DNA of 50,147 nt, from NCBI GenBank assembly GCA_050745445.1, contig JBOGJN010000212.1, positions 1 through 50,147 on the forward strand. The letters run 5' to 3'. The notes under the pieces were generated by a model. It had not been told where the DNA came from. It saw nothing but the letters and a program-made list of their open reading frames with translations, and ran no database searches. The DNA is from Thermoanaerobaculia bacterium (GTDB lineage: Bacteria; Acidobacteriota; Thermoanaerobaculia; UBA5066; Gp7-AA6). Of this stretch, positions 17,629-26,580 are shown piece by piece (positions within the stretch are counted from its first letter, which is position 1; each line of letters begins with the position of its first letter). The translations under genes were made by a program, and so were the position numbers.

Positions 17629-20073
17629 TTACATCAGGTCTTGCGGATCCACGTCCACGGCGAGCGCAACTCCCGACGGCGGGTGCTCGGGGATACAGGC
17701 CTCCAGGGCATCCAGCACGCTGCGCCGATTCGCACCCCGAAGGAGGATCTGGTACCGCCAGCGCCCACGCAGACGCTCCAACGGCGCCGGAGCCGGTCCG
17801 GAGATCCGCAGGCTGGAGGTCCCGTCCCCGTGCGGGGCCGCCTCGCCGATCTGCCGGGCCGCCGCCTCGGCCCGCTCCCGATGGACGGAGGACACGAGGA
17901 CAGAGGCAAGCTGCGAGAAGGGAGGATAGAAAAAGGCGCGCCGAAAGGCGAGCTCTTCGCGGGTAAAACCGTCCACGTCGTGACGGGAGGCGTGCCGGAT
18001 CGCGGGGTGCTGGGGATGGAAGGTCTGGACGTGCACCGTGCCCGGGGTCTGGCCCCTCCCGGCTCGTCCGGCAACCTGGGCGATGAGCTGAAAGGTTTTT
18101 TCACCGGAGCGGAAATCGGGGAAGTTCAAGAGCGTGTCGGCCGAGAGGACTCCGACCGCCGTCACGTTGCCGAAGTCGTGCCCCTTGGCCACCATCTGGG
18201 TCCCGATCAAACACGACACGCGAGCGGCCAGGACGTCTTCCAGAACGGCCGCCGCGCCACGCTGGCGCGCCGCGTCCCGATCGAGCACGGCGAACGGCAC
18301 GCCCGGAAAAAGCTCGGCGAATCGCTCGGCCACGCGTTCGGTGCCCGACCCGATCGCTTCGAGGAGCGACCCCCCGCAATCCGCGCAACGCGCCGGACGG
18401 GCCAGACGCTCTCCGCAGTAGTGGCACAGCAACGTGCGCCCCCGGCCGTGCACGGTGCGGCAGACGCTGCAGCGGCTGCAACGAAAGTCGTATCCGCAGT
18501 CGCGGCAGAGCAGAAACGGCGCGAACCCGCGGCGCGGCTGCAGCAGAATCGCCTGCTGTCCGCGCGCGAAGACCTCGCGCAACCGACCGACGAGCGCGCG
18601 CGAGAAGAGGGGAACCCCCTTCTCCTCGGGTCTTGCGGGTTCCCGTCTCAGATCCACCAGATCCACCTGCGGGAGAGGCCGGTCGTCCACCCGCGCGGGC
18701 AAGAGCAGGAGCCGCAGACGCCCCTCGCGCGCCGCCTGGTAAGCCTCGAGAGAAGGCGTCGCCGATCCGAACACCAGTGCGGCGCCGGCGGCGCGGGCGC
18801 GCAGCGCCGCGACGTCGCGGGCGTCGTAGCGCGGCGACTCCCTCTGTTTGTAGGAGGAGTCGTGCTCCTCGTCGACGATGAGAACGCCGCAGTCCGCAAC
18901 CGGCGCGAAGGCCGCCGAACGGGGTCCGATCACGGCGCGGGCCTGCCCGCCGCGGATCCGGTCCCATGCCTCCCCGCGCTCCCGCTCGGTGAGGGCGGAG
19001 TGGAGCACCGCAGCCCGCTCTCCGAACTGCCGGCGCAGTTCCCGGGCAAAGACGGGAGTCAGCGCGATCTCAGGCACGAGCCAGATCGCGCTGCGCCCCT
19101 CTTCGAGCGCGGTCGCGATCACGCGCAGATAGACCTCGGTCTTGCCGCTGCCCGTCACGCCCTGGAGAAGCGACGGGAAGTAGCGCCGCATTCGAATCGC
19201 CGTGCGGATCTCCTCGACGGCGCTCTGCTGCTGGGCGTTGAGTTTAAAGTCTCCTCTCGTCCCGCCCGAGAGGATCATCTCCGTCTCCGGCCGGCGGGAC
19301 TGCTCGAAGCAGGACAACAGGCCGCGGGAAGTGAGCGCTCGTAAGAGCGAAGATCCGGCGCCCGTTTGAAGACGGATCTCGGCCGCGGTGGCAGGCCGGC
19401 CGATCGCATCCAGGAAACCGAGGACTTCGCGGGCGCGCAGACTGCGCCCCGTCAGGGGCGCCCGTTCCTGCTCCTGCGCCTGTGTCGGCAGGTAGGCGCG
19501 CTCGACGCGCTTCCTTGGCTCCGGCGAGGCCGAGACGGTACGGATGAAGCCTCTCTCTTCGAGCGAGCGGATCACCGGGCCGCGACCCGCGACCGAGAGA
19601 TCGGTTACACGCAGCGTCTTGCCGTCGCGCAATCTCTCGAGGACATCGCCTTCGGCGCCATCGGCGCGAGCGAGTGCTCCCTTCTCGGTGACGCGGTACC
19701 GCACGGCCCCCCTCGCGCGCAGACGCGCGGGCAGAGCAGCCTTCAAGATCTCCCCCGTCGAGGCGAAAAAGCGCCGGGCCACACGTTCGGCCAGGACGAG
19801 AAGCTCCTCCGGGCAAACCGGTTCCGCATCGAGAACCTCGAGCAAGTCCCGAAGACCGGCGGTCTGCTCTCCCGAGGCGGAAAGGACGACCCCCGTCAGC
19901 GCGCGCTCGCCAAACGGGACACGGACGCGGCAACCCGGAAGCGGGACCGAAAGAGAGTCCGGAACCCCGTACGAAAACGTCCTGCGTAGCGGCAGCGGGA
20001 GAGCGACCGTGACGATCCTGCCCGTTCGAGACTCAGAAGCGTGCGTGTGTTTCTCGGAAGGTGGAGAGCTCAC
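17629..20073 (-). CDS. priA: Primosomal protein N' (replication restart helicase PriA)
   Basis: GTG start. Walker A GVTGSGKTEVY. DEAH-like IVDEEHD. Cys-rich zinc region CRDCGYDFRCSRCS...CHYCG...CADCG. Confidence 0.95.
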   Translation of the reverse strand: MSSPPSEKHTHASESRTGRIVTVALPLPLRRTFSYGVPDSLSVPLPGCRVRVPFGERALTGVVLSASGEQTAGLRDLLEVLDAEPVCPEELLVLAERVARRFFASTGEILKAALPARLRARGAVRYRVTEKGALARADGAEGDVLERLRDGKTLRVTDLSVAGRGPVIRSLEERGFIRTVSASPEPRKRVERAYLPTQAQEQERAPLTGRSLRAREVLGFLDAIGRPATAAEIRLQTGAGSSLLRALTSRGLLSCFEQSRRPETEMILSGGTRGDFKLNAQQQSAVEEIRTAIRMRRYFPSLLQGVTGSGKTEVYLRVIATALEEGRSAIWLVPEIALTPVFARELRRQFGERAAVLHSALTERERGEAWDRIRGGQARAVIGPRSAAFAPVADCGVLIVDEEHDSSYKQRESPRYDARDVAALRARAAGAALVFGSATPSLEAYQAAREGRLRLLLLPARVDDRPLPQVDLVDLRREPARPEEKGVPLFSRALVGRLREVFARGQQAILLQPRRGFAPFLLCRDCGYDFRCSRCSVCRTVHGRGRTLLCHYCGERLARPARCADCGGSLLEAIGSGTERVAERFAELFPGVPFAVLDRDAARQRGAAAVLEDVLAARVSCLIGTQMVAKGHDFGNVTAVGVLSADTLLNFPDFRSGEKTFQLIAQVAGRAGRGQTPGTVHVQTFHPQHPAIRHASRHDVDGFTREELAFRRAFFYPPFSQLASVLVSSVHRERAEAAARQIGEAAPHGDGTSSLRISGPAPAPLERLRGRWRYQILLRGANRRSVLDALEACIPEHPPSGVALAVDVDPQDLM

Positions 20074-20090
20074 AACGGAGCGCCGAGAGC

Positions 20091-20732
20091 CTAGGTCCGC
20101 GACAGCTCGGGCGTCTCGCCTTCGCCCGAGCCCTCCCGGACGAAGATGTAGGCGCGTCGGGCCGGATCCCAGCGGTAGCGCCGCGCCGATTCGTCCTCGA
20201 GGTCGAGAGTGACGACGATCGCGTCGCGGTCAATCGAGAGATCGCCTCGTGCCAGGGAGATGTCCCGCTCGAGAAACGTCCCCGGGTCGAACGCTGGTCC
20301 GCCGGCCGACCGCTCGCGTCCTGTGAAGACCACCACGGAGAACCACGGCAGTCCCGCAGAGGAGTCGCGGCGCACAAAGCCAAGCACGAAGTCGAGAACG
20401 CCGTCGTCGTTCAGATCGCCTCGGACGAAGTAAGCGTGATAGACACCGTAGAGGTTCTTGAAGTCGGTGTCCTGCTCCAAGGAGGAGACGTGATCCGCGT
20501 CCGTCGCCACGCGCAGACTCGGATTGTGTCTGACGAAGTCGTCCACGGCCGGCCTCTCGGCGGGGGTGAACGGGGCGAGACCAGATTCCGCGCGCGCGGC
20601 CACCTCCTGCGCCGCGATTCGGCCGGCTTGCAGCGGAGCGGCCGGTGAGGAGGCTCGCCGGCAGGCGAGGGTTCCCCCCGCCAGCAACAGAGCCGCGGCC
20701 GCTGCGATGTGCCTTTCTCTTGGGAAGTTCAT
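20091..20732 (-). CDS. Hypothetical secreted protein/lipoprotein
   Basis: Trimmed to MNFPRERHIAAAAALLLAGGTLAC (signal/lipobox-like). Contains an FG-GAP/VCBS-like GDLNDDGVLDF segment. No confident family assignment. Confidence 0.6.
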   Translation of the reverse strand: MNFPRERHIAAAAALLLAGGTLACRRASSPAAPLQAGRIAAQEVAARAESGLAPFTPAERPAVDDFVRHNPSLRVATDADHVSSLEQDTDFKNLYGVYHAYFVRGDLNDDGVLDFVLGFVRRDSSAGLPWFSVVVFTGRERSAGGPAFDPGTFLERDISLARGDLSIDRDAIVVTLDLEDESARRYRWDPARRAYIFVREGSGEGETPELSRT

Positions 20733-20796
20733 ACGTGCGAATCCACATTCTACGGCAGCGGCAGCCACGCGCGATTCTGCTAATGTTGGCGAAGAT

Positions 20797-20874
20797 GAGG
20801 ACGTAGGAGGTAGGACGTGGGAGGTAGGGTTTGTCTGTCGTCCCTACCTCCTACCACCTACGTCCCACGTCCTC
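20797..20874. repeat. Imperfect inverted repeat built of NNGTAGG heptamers (GAGG ACGTAGG AGGTAGG ACGTGGG AGGTAGG G ... CCCTACC TCCTACC ACCTACG TCCCACG TCCTC)
   Basis: 33-nt arms at 20797..20829 and 20842..20874, 28/33 complementary by eye. Lies in the divergent intergenic region. It is the same unit family as 46355..46432. Confidence 0.8.
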
Positions 20875-22277
20875 GTCTTCAGAAGGAGGTTCCTCTGCGG
20901 CAGGAAAGCGACAGCCTCGGCGTTCGGGAGATTCCAGACGACGCCTATTGGGGCGCGCAGACCTCGCGCGCCGTCGAGAACTACGCCATCTCGGGGGAAC
21001 GGGCGCATCCCGAGGTCGTCTTCGCCTATGCCCGAATCAAGAAGGCCTGCGCGGAGACAAACGGAGATCTCGGACGCCTTCCCGCCGAGAAGGTCCGCGC
21101 GATCGTTCAGACCTGCGACGAGATCCTGGACGGGCGACACCTCGAGCAATTCGTCGTGGATGTCTATCAGGCGGGCGCCGGAACCTCCTTTCACATGAAC
21201 GTCAACGAGGTGATCGCGGGGCGTGCGGCCGAGATCCTGGGCTCTTCTCGCGGTGACCGGTCACGGGTCAACCCGAATGACGATGTGAACCTCGGCCAGT
21301 CCACCAACGACACGTTCCCGGCCGCGCTGCACATGGCGGCGATCGCCGTGGGGCGGCGGCTTTCGGCCGATCTGGGCAGGCTCGCCGGCGCGTTCCGGCG
21401 CAAGGGGGAGCAGTTTGCGGGAATCGTCAAGTCGGGGCGGACACACCTGATGGACGCCGTCCCGGTCACTCTTGGCCAGGAGTTCCGCGCCTTCGCGGCT
21501 GCCCTGGAGCACCGCCGGCAGGCTCTCGACCGCTCCCTGGACGGCCTGCGCGAGCTTCCACTGGGGGGCACCGCGGCCGGCACGGGTCTGAACACCCCGC
21601 GCGGGTTTCGTGAAAAGGCGATTGCGCGCCTGGCCGAAATGACCGGAGAGGCGTTCGCCCCGATCCCCGATGCGCGGGAAGGCCTCCAGAGCCGGGCGGC
21701 GGCGGGCGATTACTCGGCCGCGCTGCGCGGCTTCGCCGTGGAGCTCTCGCGGATCGCCAACGACCTGCGGCTGCTGTCTTCCGGCCCCGCCACCGGACTC
21801 GAGGAGATCCGGCTTCCGGCCGTGCAGCCCGGCTCCTCCATCATGCCGGGCAAGGTGAATCCCTCGCTGCTCGAGTGCCTGAACATGCTTTGCTTTCAAC
21901 TGGTCGGCATGGACACGGCGAACATGCTCGCCGTCGGAGCGGGACAGCTCGAGTTGAACGTGATGATGCCGCTTCTGGCCTACAATTTGACGCGGGGGCC
22001 GCAGCTCTTTCTGAACTTTCTTCCGATCTTGCGGGAGAAGTGCGTGGAAGGCATCACGGCCAACCCGGAGAAGTGCCGGCATTATCTGGAGGAGTCGCCT
22101 TCGGTGGTAACGGCGCTCACGCCCCGGATCGGCTATGCGAAGGCGGCGGAGGTCTTCAAAGAAGCCGTGGCTCGCGGGGTCCGCGTCCGGACCGTGCTTC
22201 TTGAGAAGAAGATCCTGACGGAGAAGGAACTGGATGCCGCCCTGACCCCCGAGGCGCTGCTCGGGCCTCTGGAGTGA
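20817..22277 (+). CDS. aspA: Aspartate ammonia-lyase (aspartase/fumarase superfamily)
   Basis: VDVYQAGAGTSFHMNVNEV, GRTHLMDAVPVTLGQEFRAF and LPAVQPGSSIMPGKVNP resemble AspA more than FumC. The start is uncertain. The track start is a GTG inside the hairpin at 20817, and a CTG at 20895 sits 5 nt after GAAGGAGG. Confidence 0.88.
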   Translation: MGGRVCLSSLPPTTYVPRPRLQKEVPLRQESDSLGVREIPDDAYWGAQTSRAVENYAISGERAHPEVVFAYARIKKACAETNGDLGRLPAEKVRAIVQTCDEILDGRHLEQFVVDVYQAGAGTSFHMNVNEVIAGRAAEILGSSRGDRSRVNPNDDVNLGQSTNDTFPAALHMAAIAVGRRLSADLGRLAGAFRRKGEQFAGIVKSGRTHLMDAVPVTLGQEFRAFAAALEHRRQALDRSLDGLRELPLGGTAAGTGLNTPRGFREKAIARLAEMTGEAFAPIPDAREGLQSRAAAGDYSAALRGFAVELSRIANDLRLLSSGPATGLEEIRLPAVQPGSSIMPGKVNPSLLECLNMLCFQLVGMDTANMLAVGAGQLELNVMMPLLAYNLTRGPQLFLNFLPILREKCVEGITANPEKCRHYLEESPSVVTALTPRIGYAKAAEVFKEAVARGVRVRTVLLEKKILTEKELDAALTPEALLGPLE

Positions 22278-22340
22278 GAGAATCGACCGCTTGGTGGGAG
22301 TCATGGACCATTCTTCGTTGGAAGCCTTAGGAGGAGCGAA

Positions 22341-23054
22341 ATGACCTGGCCTCAAGACTGGCAAACGAACCTCTTGTTTTTTCTCCGGTGGGGTCACTTC
22401 CTGGCGGGGATCACGTGGATCGGCCTGCTCTACTTTTTCAACCTGGTCAACGTGAACTTCATGAAGGAGCTCGACGCGGCGACGAAAGGGAAGGTCGTCC
22501 CGAACCTGATGCCCAAGGCTCTCTGGTGGTTTCGGTGGGGCGCGGTGTTTACGGTTCTGACCGGGCTCGTCTACTACGCGATCCTGCTAAACACCGAGAA
22601 GATCGACGCGAAGCTCGGCCTCGTGCTGGCCGCCTGGATCGTGGCCTGGCTGATCGTGGCCGCTCTCCTTCGGATGTCCGTCGCGGGCGGCCCCTTGAAG
22701 GACGGCCGCGTGCTCGGCGTCGTGATCGCGATCCTGGTGCTCCTCGTGGCGTGGGTCGTGGTTTCGAACATGCGCGCCGGCGGGAGCAACCGGACCGCGG
22801 CGATCGGCGTGGGAGGAGGTCTCGGCATCGTCATGTTCATGAACGTTTGGATGATCATCTGGCCGCTTCAGAAGAAGATCATCGCCGCGACCAAGGCCAC
22901 GGCCGAGTCGGGCGCGGCGGCGCCGGCCGACCAGCCGAAGTGGGCGCGCCGGGCGTTTCTGGCCTCGCGCACGAACACCTGGCTCTCGGTCCCGATGCTT
23001 TTCTTCATGGGAGCGGCCAGTCACTTTCCCATCTTCGGCAGCGTCCCGCAGTAG
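22341..23054 (+). CDS. Polytopic membrane protein, urate-hydroxylase PuuD N-terminal-like family (no cytochrome c domain)
   Basis: AGGAGG SD 6-7 nt upstream. LRWGHFLAGITWIGLLYFFNLVN resembles my recollection of the Urate_ox_N membrane domain. About 5-6 predicted TM helices. Confidence 0.7.
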   Translation: MTWPQDWQTNLLFFLRWGHFLAGITWIGLLYFFNLVNVNFMKELDAATKGKVVPNLMPKALWWFRWGAVFTVLTGLVYYAILLNTEKIDAKLGLVLAAWIVAWLIVAALLRMSVAGGPLKDGRVLGVVIAILVLLVAWVVVSNMRAGGSNRTAAIGVGGGLGIVMFMNVWMIIWPLQKKIIAATKATAESGAAAPADQPKWARRAFLASRTNTWLSVPMLFFMGAASHFPIFGSVPQ

Positions 23055-23090
23055 AAGAGTCGTCAGGTCTCGGCCTTCCGCCAGAATGAA

Positions 23091-23118
23091 GGGGGCGGCC
23101 CTCGCGGTCGCCCTTTCC
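23091..23118 (+). terminator. Candidate intrinsic terminator after the plus-strand membrane-protein gene
   Basis: GGGCGGCC-ctcgc-GGTCGCCC stem (8 bp including one G-U pair) followed by TTTCC. The T-tract is weak. Confidence 0.3.
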
Positions 23119-23170
23119 GGCTTCTCCGCTCGTTGATCCTTGCGGCACTTCGGTGAAAACGAGGTCTGTC

Positions 23171-23205
23171 TGAGCTGACAGCTGAGAGCTGACGGCTGAG
23201 AGCTA
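23171..23205. repeat. One-armed tandem heptamer array (T)GAGCTGA CAGCTGA GAGCTGA CGGCTGA GAGCTA
   Basis: Five NAGCTGA units read directly. No complementary arm was found nearby. The last unit contains the UDG stop codon (23203-23205). Confidence 0.7.
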
Positions 23206-24942
23206 TTTCCCTGCGAGATAGTCCCGCACGAGCTTCATGTCCTCCCAGACGTCCTTCTTGCGCTCCGGAGAGCGCAACAAGAAGGCAGTGTGGAAGGTCG
23301 GCATGACCCGCACGCCGCGGGCCGTTCGCCAGTGGCCGCGCAGCCTCCCGATGGTGTCGTCGGTCTCGAGGATGACCTGCGCCGCGAAGGTGCCGAGCGT
23401 CACGATCACCTTGGGCGAGATCAGCCGGATCTGTTCTTCCAGGAAGGGGCGGCAGGCGGCCACCTCCTCCGGCTCCGGATCGCGGTTGTTGGGCGGGCGG
23501 CAGTTATGGACCACTCCGCCGGAGGTGACGAAGTTGTGAGTGTCTTCGACGTCGATACAGAAGAACGTCGTGTCCGTTCGGACGCGTTCCGTGACGTCCT
23601 TCACGTCGGCCTCCTCATAGAGAACCTCCGGAGCCTCTCGCCGCAGCCGGGATGGGTCGAAGGGCACCCGAACCGCGGTTTCAGGATGAAGCTTGTACCG
23701 CATCGACGGCGGCACGTAAGGGGCGATGCGCTCGGCCAGCCTCCGCGTCGTCGAGACATCGAAGTACAAGCGTCCACGCGCGGCCTTGGCAGGCAGCCCG
23801 ACTCGAGCAAGTTCCCCCAACAGGATCTCGAGATCGGACTGTATGAAGCCGCAGGTTGCGATCTCGGCGAGCGGCTGACGCGGCGGCCGAATCCGCGTAT
23901 ATCCGTCGTCCATAAACCACACCGCTAGCATGCGATCGTTCAATCTGCCAACGATGGAGAGCGGAACGCGCTTCTTCGGCCGGTAAAACTCCCGGCGAAG
24001 AATACCGAGCGCCCGATGCGCCAGGGTACGCACGTGGATGACCGGATAGGATTTCGCCCCTCCAACTACGGCCGCCACGGAAAGCGTTTGAATCCGAGGA
24101 TGGAGTTCTTCCAGGAGGTCCGCTTTGAAAGCGGCGTAGTCGGCCTGTGCGGCGGAATGGCCGAAGCAAAGGTACGCAGTACGTGCGCTGAGATGGCCGT
24201 CCCCGAGGAGCGTCCCCCAGACGATGTCGCGAGCCAATGGACTCAAGCCCTGGCCTGTCGCGATACGGGCGCCGGGCTCGAGGCGCTCGACCAATACGTA
24301 ACCCTGGTCGGTGAGAACCGGATGATCACCCGTCAACTCGATTCCGACTCGGCCCAGTCCGGCGCGCTTGGCGGACCGATATGTCAGGCTAAAGACGCGA
24401 CGCCGCCCGAGCGGCGTCGCGTGCCAGCCGACGACCCGTCGGGGAATGATCCGGCCCGCAGCATCGACAGACATGACAGTCCCGCCATACCGGCGGCGGA
24501 CCAGACGGCCGATGCGCTCCCATGAACCGTCGCCAAGCTGTACGGGCGCGTTGTACCTGAGACACTTGATTACATTCGCAATAAAGACATCCTCCCGCTT
24601 TCTCCCCATCGCCTCGATGATCTTGGTCAAGAGCTGGCCGGCGCGGCCGACGAAGGCCAGTCCCTGCTCATCCTCGTCTCGTCCCGGCGCCTCCCCCACG
24701 AACATCAGCTCGGCCTTCGGGTTTCCTTGACCGAAGACGATGTTCGTTCTCCCCTTCGAAAGCTTGCAGCGAGGGCAACCGGCGATGAATTTCTGGAGTG
24801 ATGTCAGATCTGACATAGATCCGGGCACAAGCGCGGGAACCCCGGAGACCGCGGGCCGGAGGAACATCTCGGTGACTCCCAGGTCGCGGAAGAACTCGAG
24901 CTGCTCGGTGAGTGGATGCGAAGGCTTCATCACGCCCCTCAC
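23203..24942 (-). CDS. Family-4 uracil-DNA glycosylase interrupted by an intein (precursor 579 aa, predicted spliced extein 225 aa)
   Basis: Exteins carry [31 protein letters not shown]|CRPPNNRDP and [10 protein letters not shown]. The start is either GTG 24942 or ATG 24930. Confidence 0.9.
   Translation of the reverse strand: MRGVMKPSHPLTEQLEFFRDLGVTEMFLRPAVSGVPALVPGSMSDLTSLQKFIAGCPRCKLSKGRTNIVFGQGNPKAELMFVGEAPGRDEDEQGLAFVGRAGQLLTKIIEAMGRKREDVFIANVIKCLRYNAPVQLGDGSWERIGRLVRRRYGGTVMSVDAAGRIIPRRVVGWHATPLGRRRVFSLTYRSAKRAGLGRVGIELTGDHPVLTDQGYVLVERLEPGARIATGQGLSPLARDIVWGTLLGDGHLSARTAYLCFGHSAAQADYAAFKADLLEELHPRIQTLSVAAVVGGAKSYPVIHVRTLAHRALGILRREFYRPKKRVPLSIVGRLNDRMLAVWFMDDGYTRIRPPRQPLAEIATCGFIQSDLEILLGELARVGLPAKAARGRLYFDVSTTRRLAERIAPYVPPSMRYKLHPETAVRVPFDPSRLRREAPEVLYEEADVKDVTERVRTDTTFFCIDVEDTHNFVTSGGVVHNCRPPNNRDPEPEEVAACRPFLEEQIRLISPKVIVTLGTFAAQVILETDDTIGRLRGHWRTARGVRVMPTFHTAFLLRSPERKKDVWEDMKLVRDYLAGK
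23503..24564 (-). mobile_element. Intein (Hint splicing domain with embedded LAGLIDADG-type homing endonuclease), 354 aa in frame
   Basis: Begins [14 protein letters not shown] (Cys1). Block B LTGDHPVL (TxxH). LAGLIDADG-like LLGDGHL and WFMDDGY. C-terminal [21 protein letters not shown] is followed by a +1 Cys (codons checked: GTT=Asn at 23503-23505 minus, GCA=Cys at 23500-23502 minus). Confidence 0.85.
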
Positions 24943-24990
24943 CCTCCCCTTTCCCGGCGGCAGAGGGGAAGCCGCCAGTCGGCCGGAAGC

Positions 24991-26235
24991 TTACTCCCTC
25001 TCTTGGCGGGAGACCGAAGGAGTCAGGGAGTCGTCACCCCGGCCGGACCGCTTGACGGCGAGAAAGGCGTCCCAGATCTTGTCGGCGACCTCGCGCTTGC
25101 CGCGGCGCGAGACCAGTTCTTTTCCCCCGTCGCGGCGCAGGATCAGGACTTCGTTCTCTTCGGCCTCAAACCCGATTCCCTCCTGACCCACGTCGTTGAC
25201 GACGATCAGGTCGGCGCCCTTGTTCTCCATCTTTCGCCATCCCCTGGCTTCGAGCTCCTCGGTTTCAGCCGCAAAGGCCACGACGGTCTGCCGGCGCACA
25301 AGCGGGCGCAGGCTGGCGAGGATGTCCCGGGCAACCGAGAGGCGCAGGATCCGATCGCCCTCCTCGCGGTGCAGGCGCGTCGGGCTCTCCTCCGGAATAA
25401 AGTCCGCGACCGCCGCCGCCATGGCGAGGCCATCGCACTCGGGGAACTCGCGCAGAAGAAGCGCGTGCAACTCATCAGCCGTTTCGAAGAAGAAGAGCCG
25501 TGCCCCCCGCGGAGCGGTGACGCCTGTGGGACCCGAGAGGAGCGTCACCTGCGCGCCGCGGTCCAATGCGGCCCGCGCGAGCGCGTAGCCCATGCGTCCG
25601 CTCGAGCGGTTTGAAAGAAATCGGACCGGATCGATGAGCTCCCGCGTGGGACCCGCCGTGACCAGGAGACGGAGCCCCTTCAGGTCCCCCCGCCGGCTGG
25701 CACCGGTCGCCAGAGACCAGGTCTCCTCCACAATCGCCTCCGGCTCCGACATGCGTCCCAGGCCCTCGTGCCCCGACGCCAGAGCGCCGCTCTCGGGCCC
25801 GAGAAAGCGGATGCCGGCCGCGGCCAGGGCCTCCCGGTTGCGGGCAACGCCCGCGCTCTTCCACATGGCCGTCTCCATGGATGGCACGAGCAGGACCGGC
25901 CCCCGATGAGCAAGGAAATAGGTCGAAAGAAAATCGTCCGCGAGCCCGTTGGCAAACTTGGCCAGCGTATGCGCCGTTGCGGGGGCGACCAGCAGCAAAT
26001 CCGCCCAATCGGCCAGGGCGACGTGGTCCACTGCGGGGGCGTCTGCACTCCCCCAGACCTCCGTGTGGACGTCGCGCTTGGAGAGGACGGCAAAGGTCAA
26101 GGGAGCAACAAACTGGCGCGCCCCGCGAGTCATGACGACCTGGACTTGCGCGCCCCGTTCGATCAGACGGCGCAGGACTTCGGCCGCCTTATACGCCGCG
26201 ATGCCCCCGCTGACGCCGAGGACGATGTGGAACAT
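24991..26235 (-). CDS. coaBC: Bifunctional phosphopantothenoylcysteine decarboxylase / phosphopantothenate-cysteine ligase
   Basis: N-terminal flavoprotein domain IVLGVSGGIAAYKAAEVLRRL and C-terminal DFP/CoaB domain (LVTAGPTRELIDPVRFLSNRSSGRMG). Confidence 0.95.
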   Translation of the reverse strand: MFHIVLGVSGGIAAYKAAEVLRRLIERGAQVQVVMTRGARQFVAPLTFAVLSKRDVHTEVWGSADAPAVDHVALADWADLLLVAPATAHTLAKFANGLADDFLSTYFLAHRGPVLLVPSMETAMWKSAGVARNREALAAAGIRFLGPESGALASGHEGLGRMSEPEAIVEETWSLATGASRRGDLKGLRLLVTAGPTRELIDPVRFLSNRSSGRMGYALARAALDRGAQVTLLSGPTGVTAPRGARLFFFETADELHALLLREFPECDGLAMAAAVADFIPEESPTRLHREEGDRILRLSVARDILASLRPLVRRQTVVAFAAETEELEARGWRKMENKGADLIVVNDVGQEGIGFEAEENEVLILRRDGGKELVSRRGKREVADKIWDAFLAVKRSGRGDDSLTPSVSRQERE

Positions 26236-26309
26236 ACGGGTCCCCGATGTCAGGTCTCAGGTGTCCGCAACCGGGCTCCCGCCCTGTTGACTCACACCGG
26301 AAACCTGCC

Positions 26310-26570
26310 TCAAACGCGCGTCTCTTCCTCCGTGATCTCGGCGCCCGCCTCCGAGTCGGCGCTCGAATCCTCGAGGACGCCGCCCTCCTGGCCGTAGTCC
26401 CAGCGAATACGGTTCTGCTCGAACTCCATCGCGGCAAGTCGTGCGGGTTTCATCGGCCGGTCCGTTTCGATCTTGGGCCGGGCTCCGCGCATGAGCTGCT
26501 CCGCGCGCCCCGCGAGAAGAAGGACGAGCCGGAACTTGCTGTCGACCCCTTCGGGTATGGTCTGAATCAT
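26310..26570 (-). CDS. rpoZ: DNA-directed RNA polymerase subunit omega
   Basis: SKFRLVLLLAGRAEQLMRGARP core. 86 aa. Lies downstream of gmk, the usual synteny. Confidence 0.88.
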   Translation of the reverse strand: MIQTIPEGVDSKFRLVLLLAGRAEQLMRGARPKIETDRPMKPARLAAMEFEQNRIRWDYGQEGGVLEDSSADSEAGAEITEEETRV

Positions 26571-26580
26571 CTTGCCCTCT

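Noticed and set aside
17641-19344. 567-aa plus-strand ORF, plus several 80-290 aa ORFs in other frames of the priA region
   Set aside because: PriA motifs (Walker A, DEEH, zinc fingers) fix the real frame on the minus strand. The others are Arg/Pro/Gly-rich shadows.
22388-23089. 233-aa plus-strand ORF overlapping the PuuD-like membrane protein in another frame
   Set aside because: It has an Arg/Asp/Gly-rich translation with no TM helices or motifs. The 22341 frame gives a coherent polytopic membrane protein with an AGGAGG SD.
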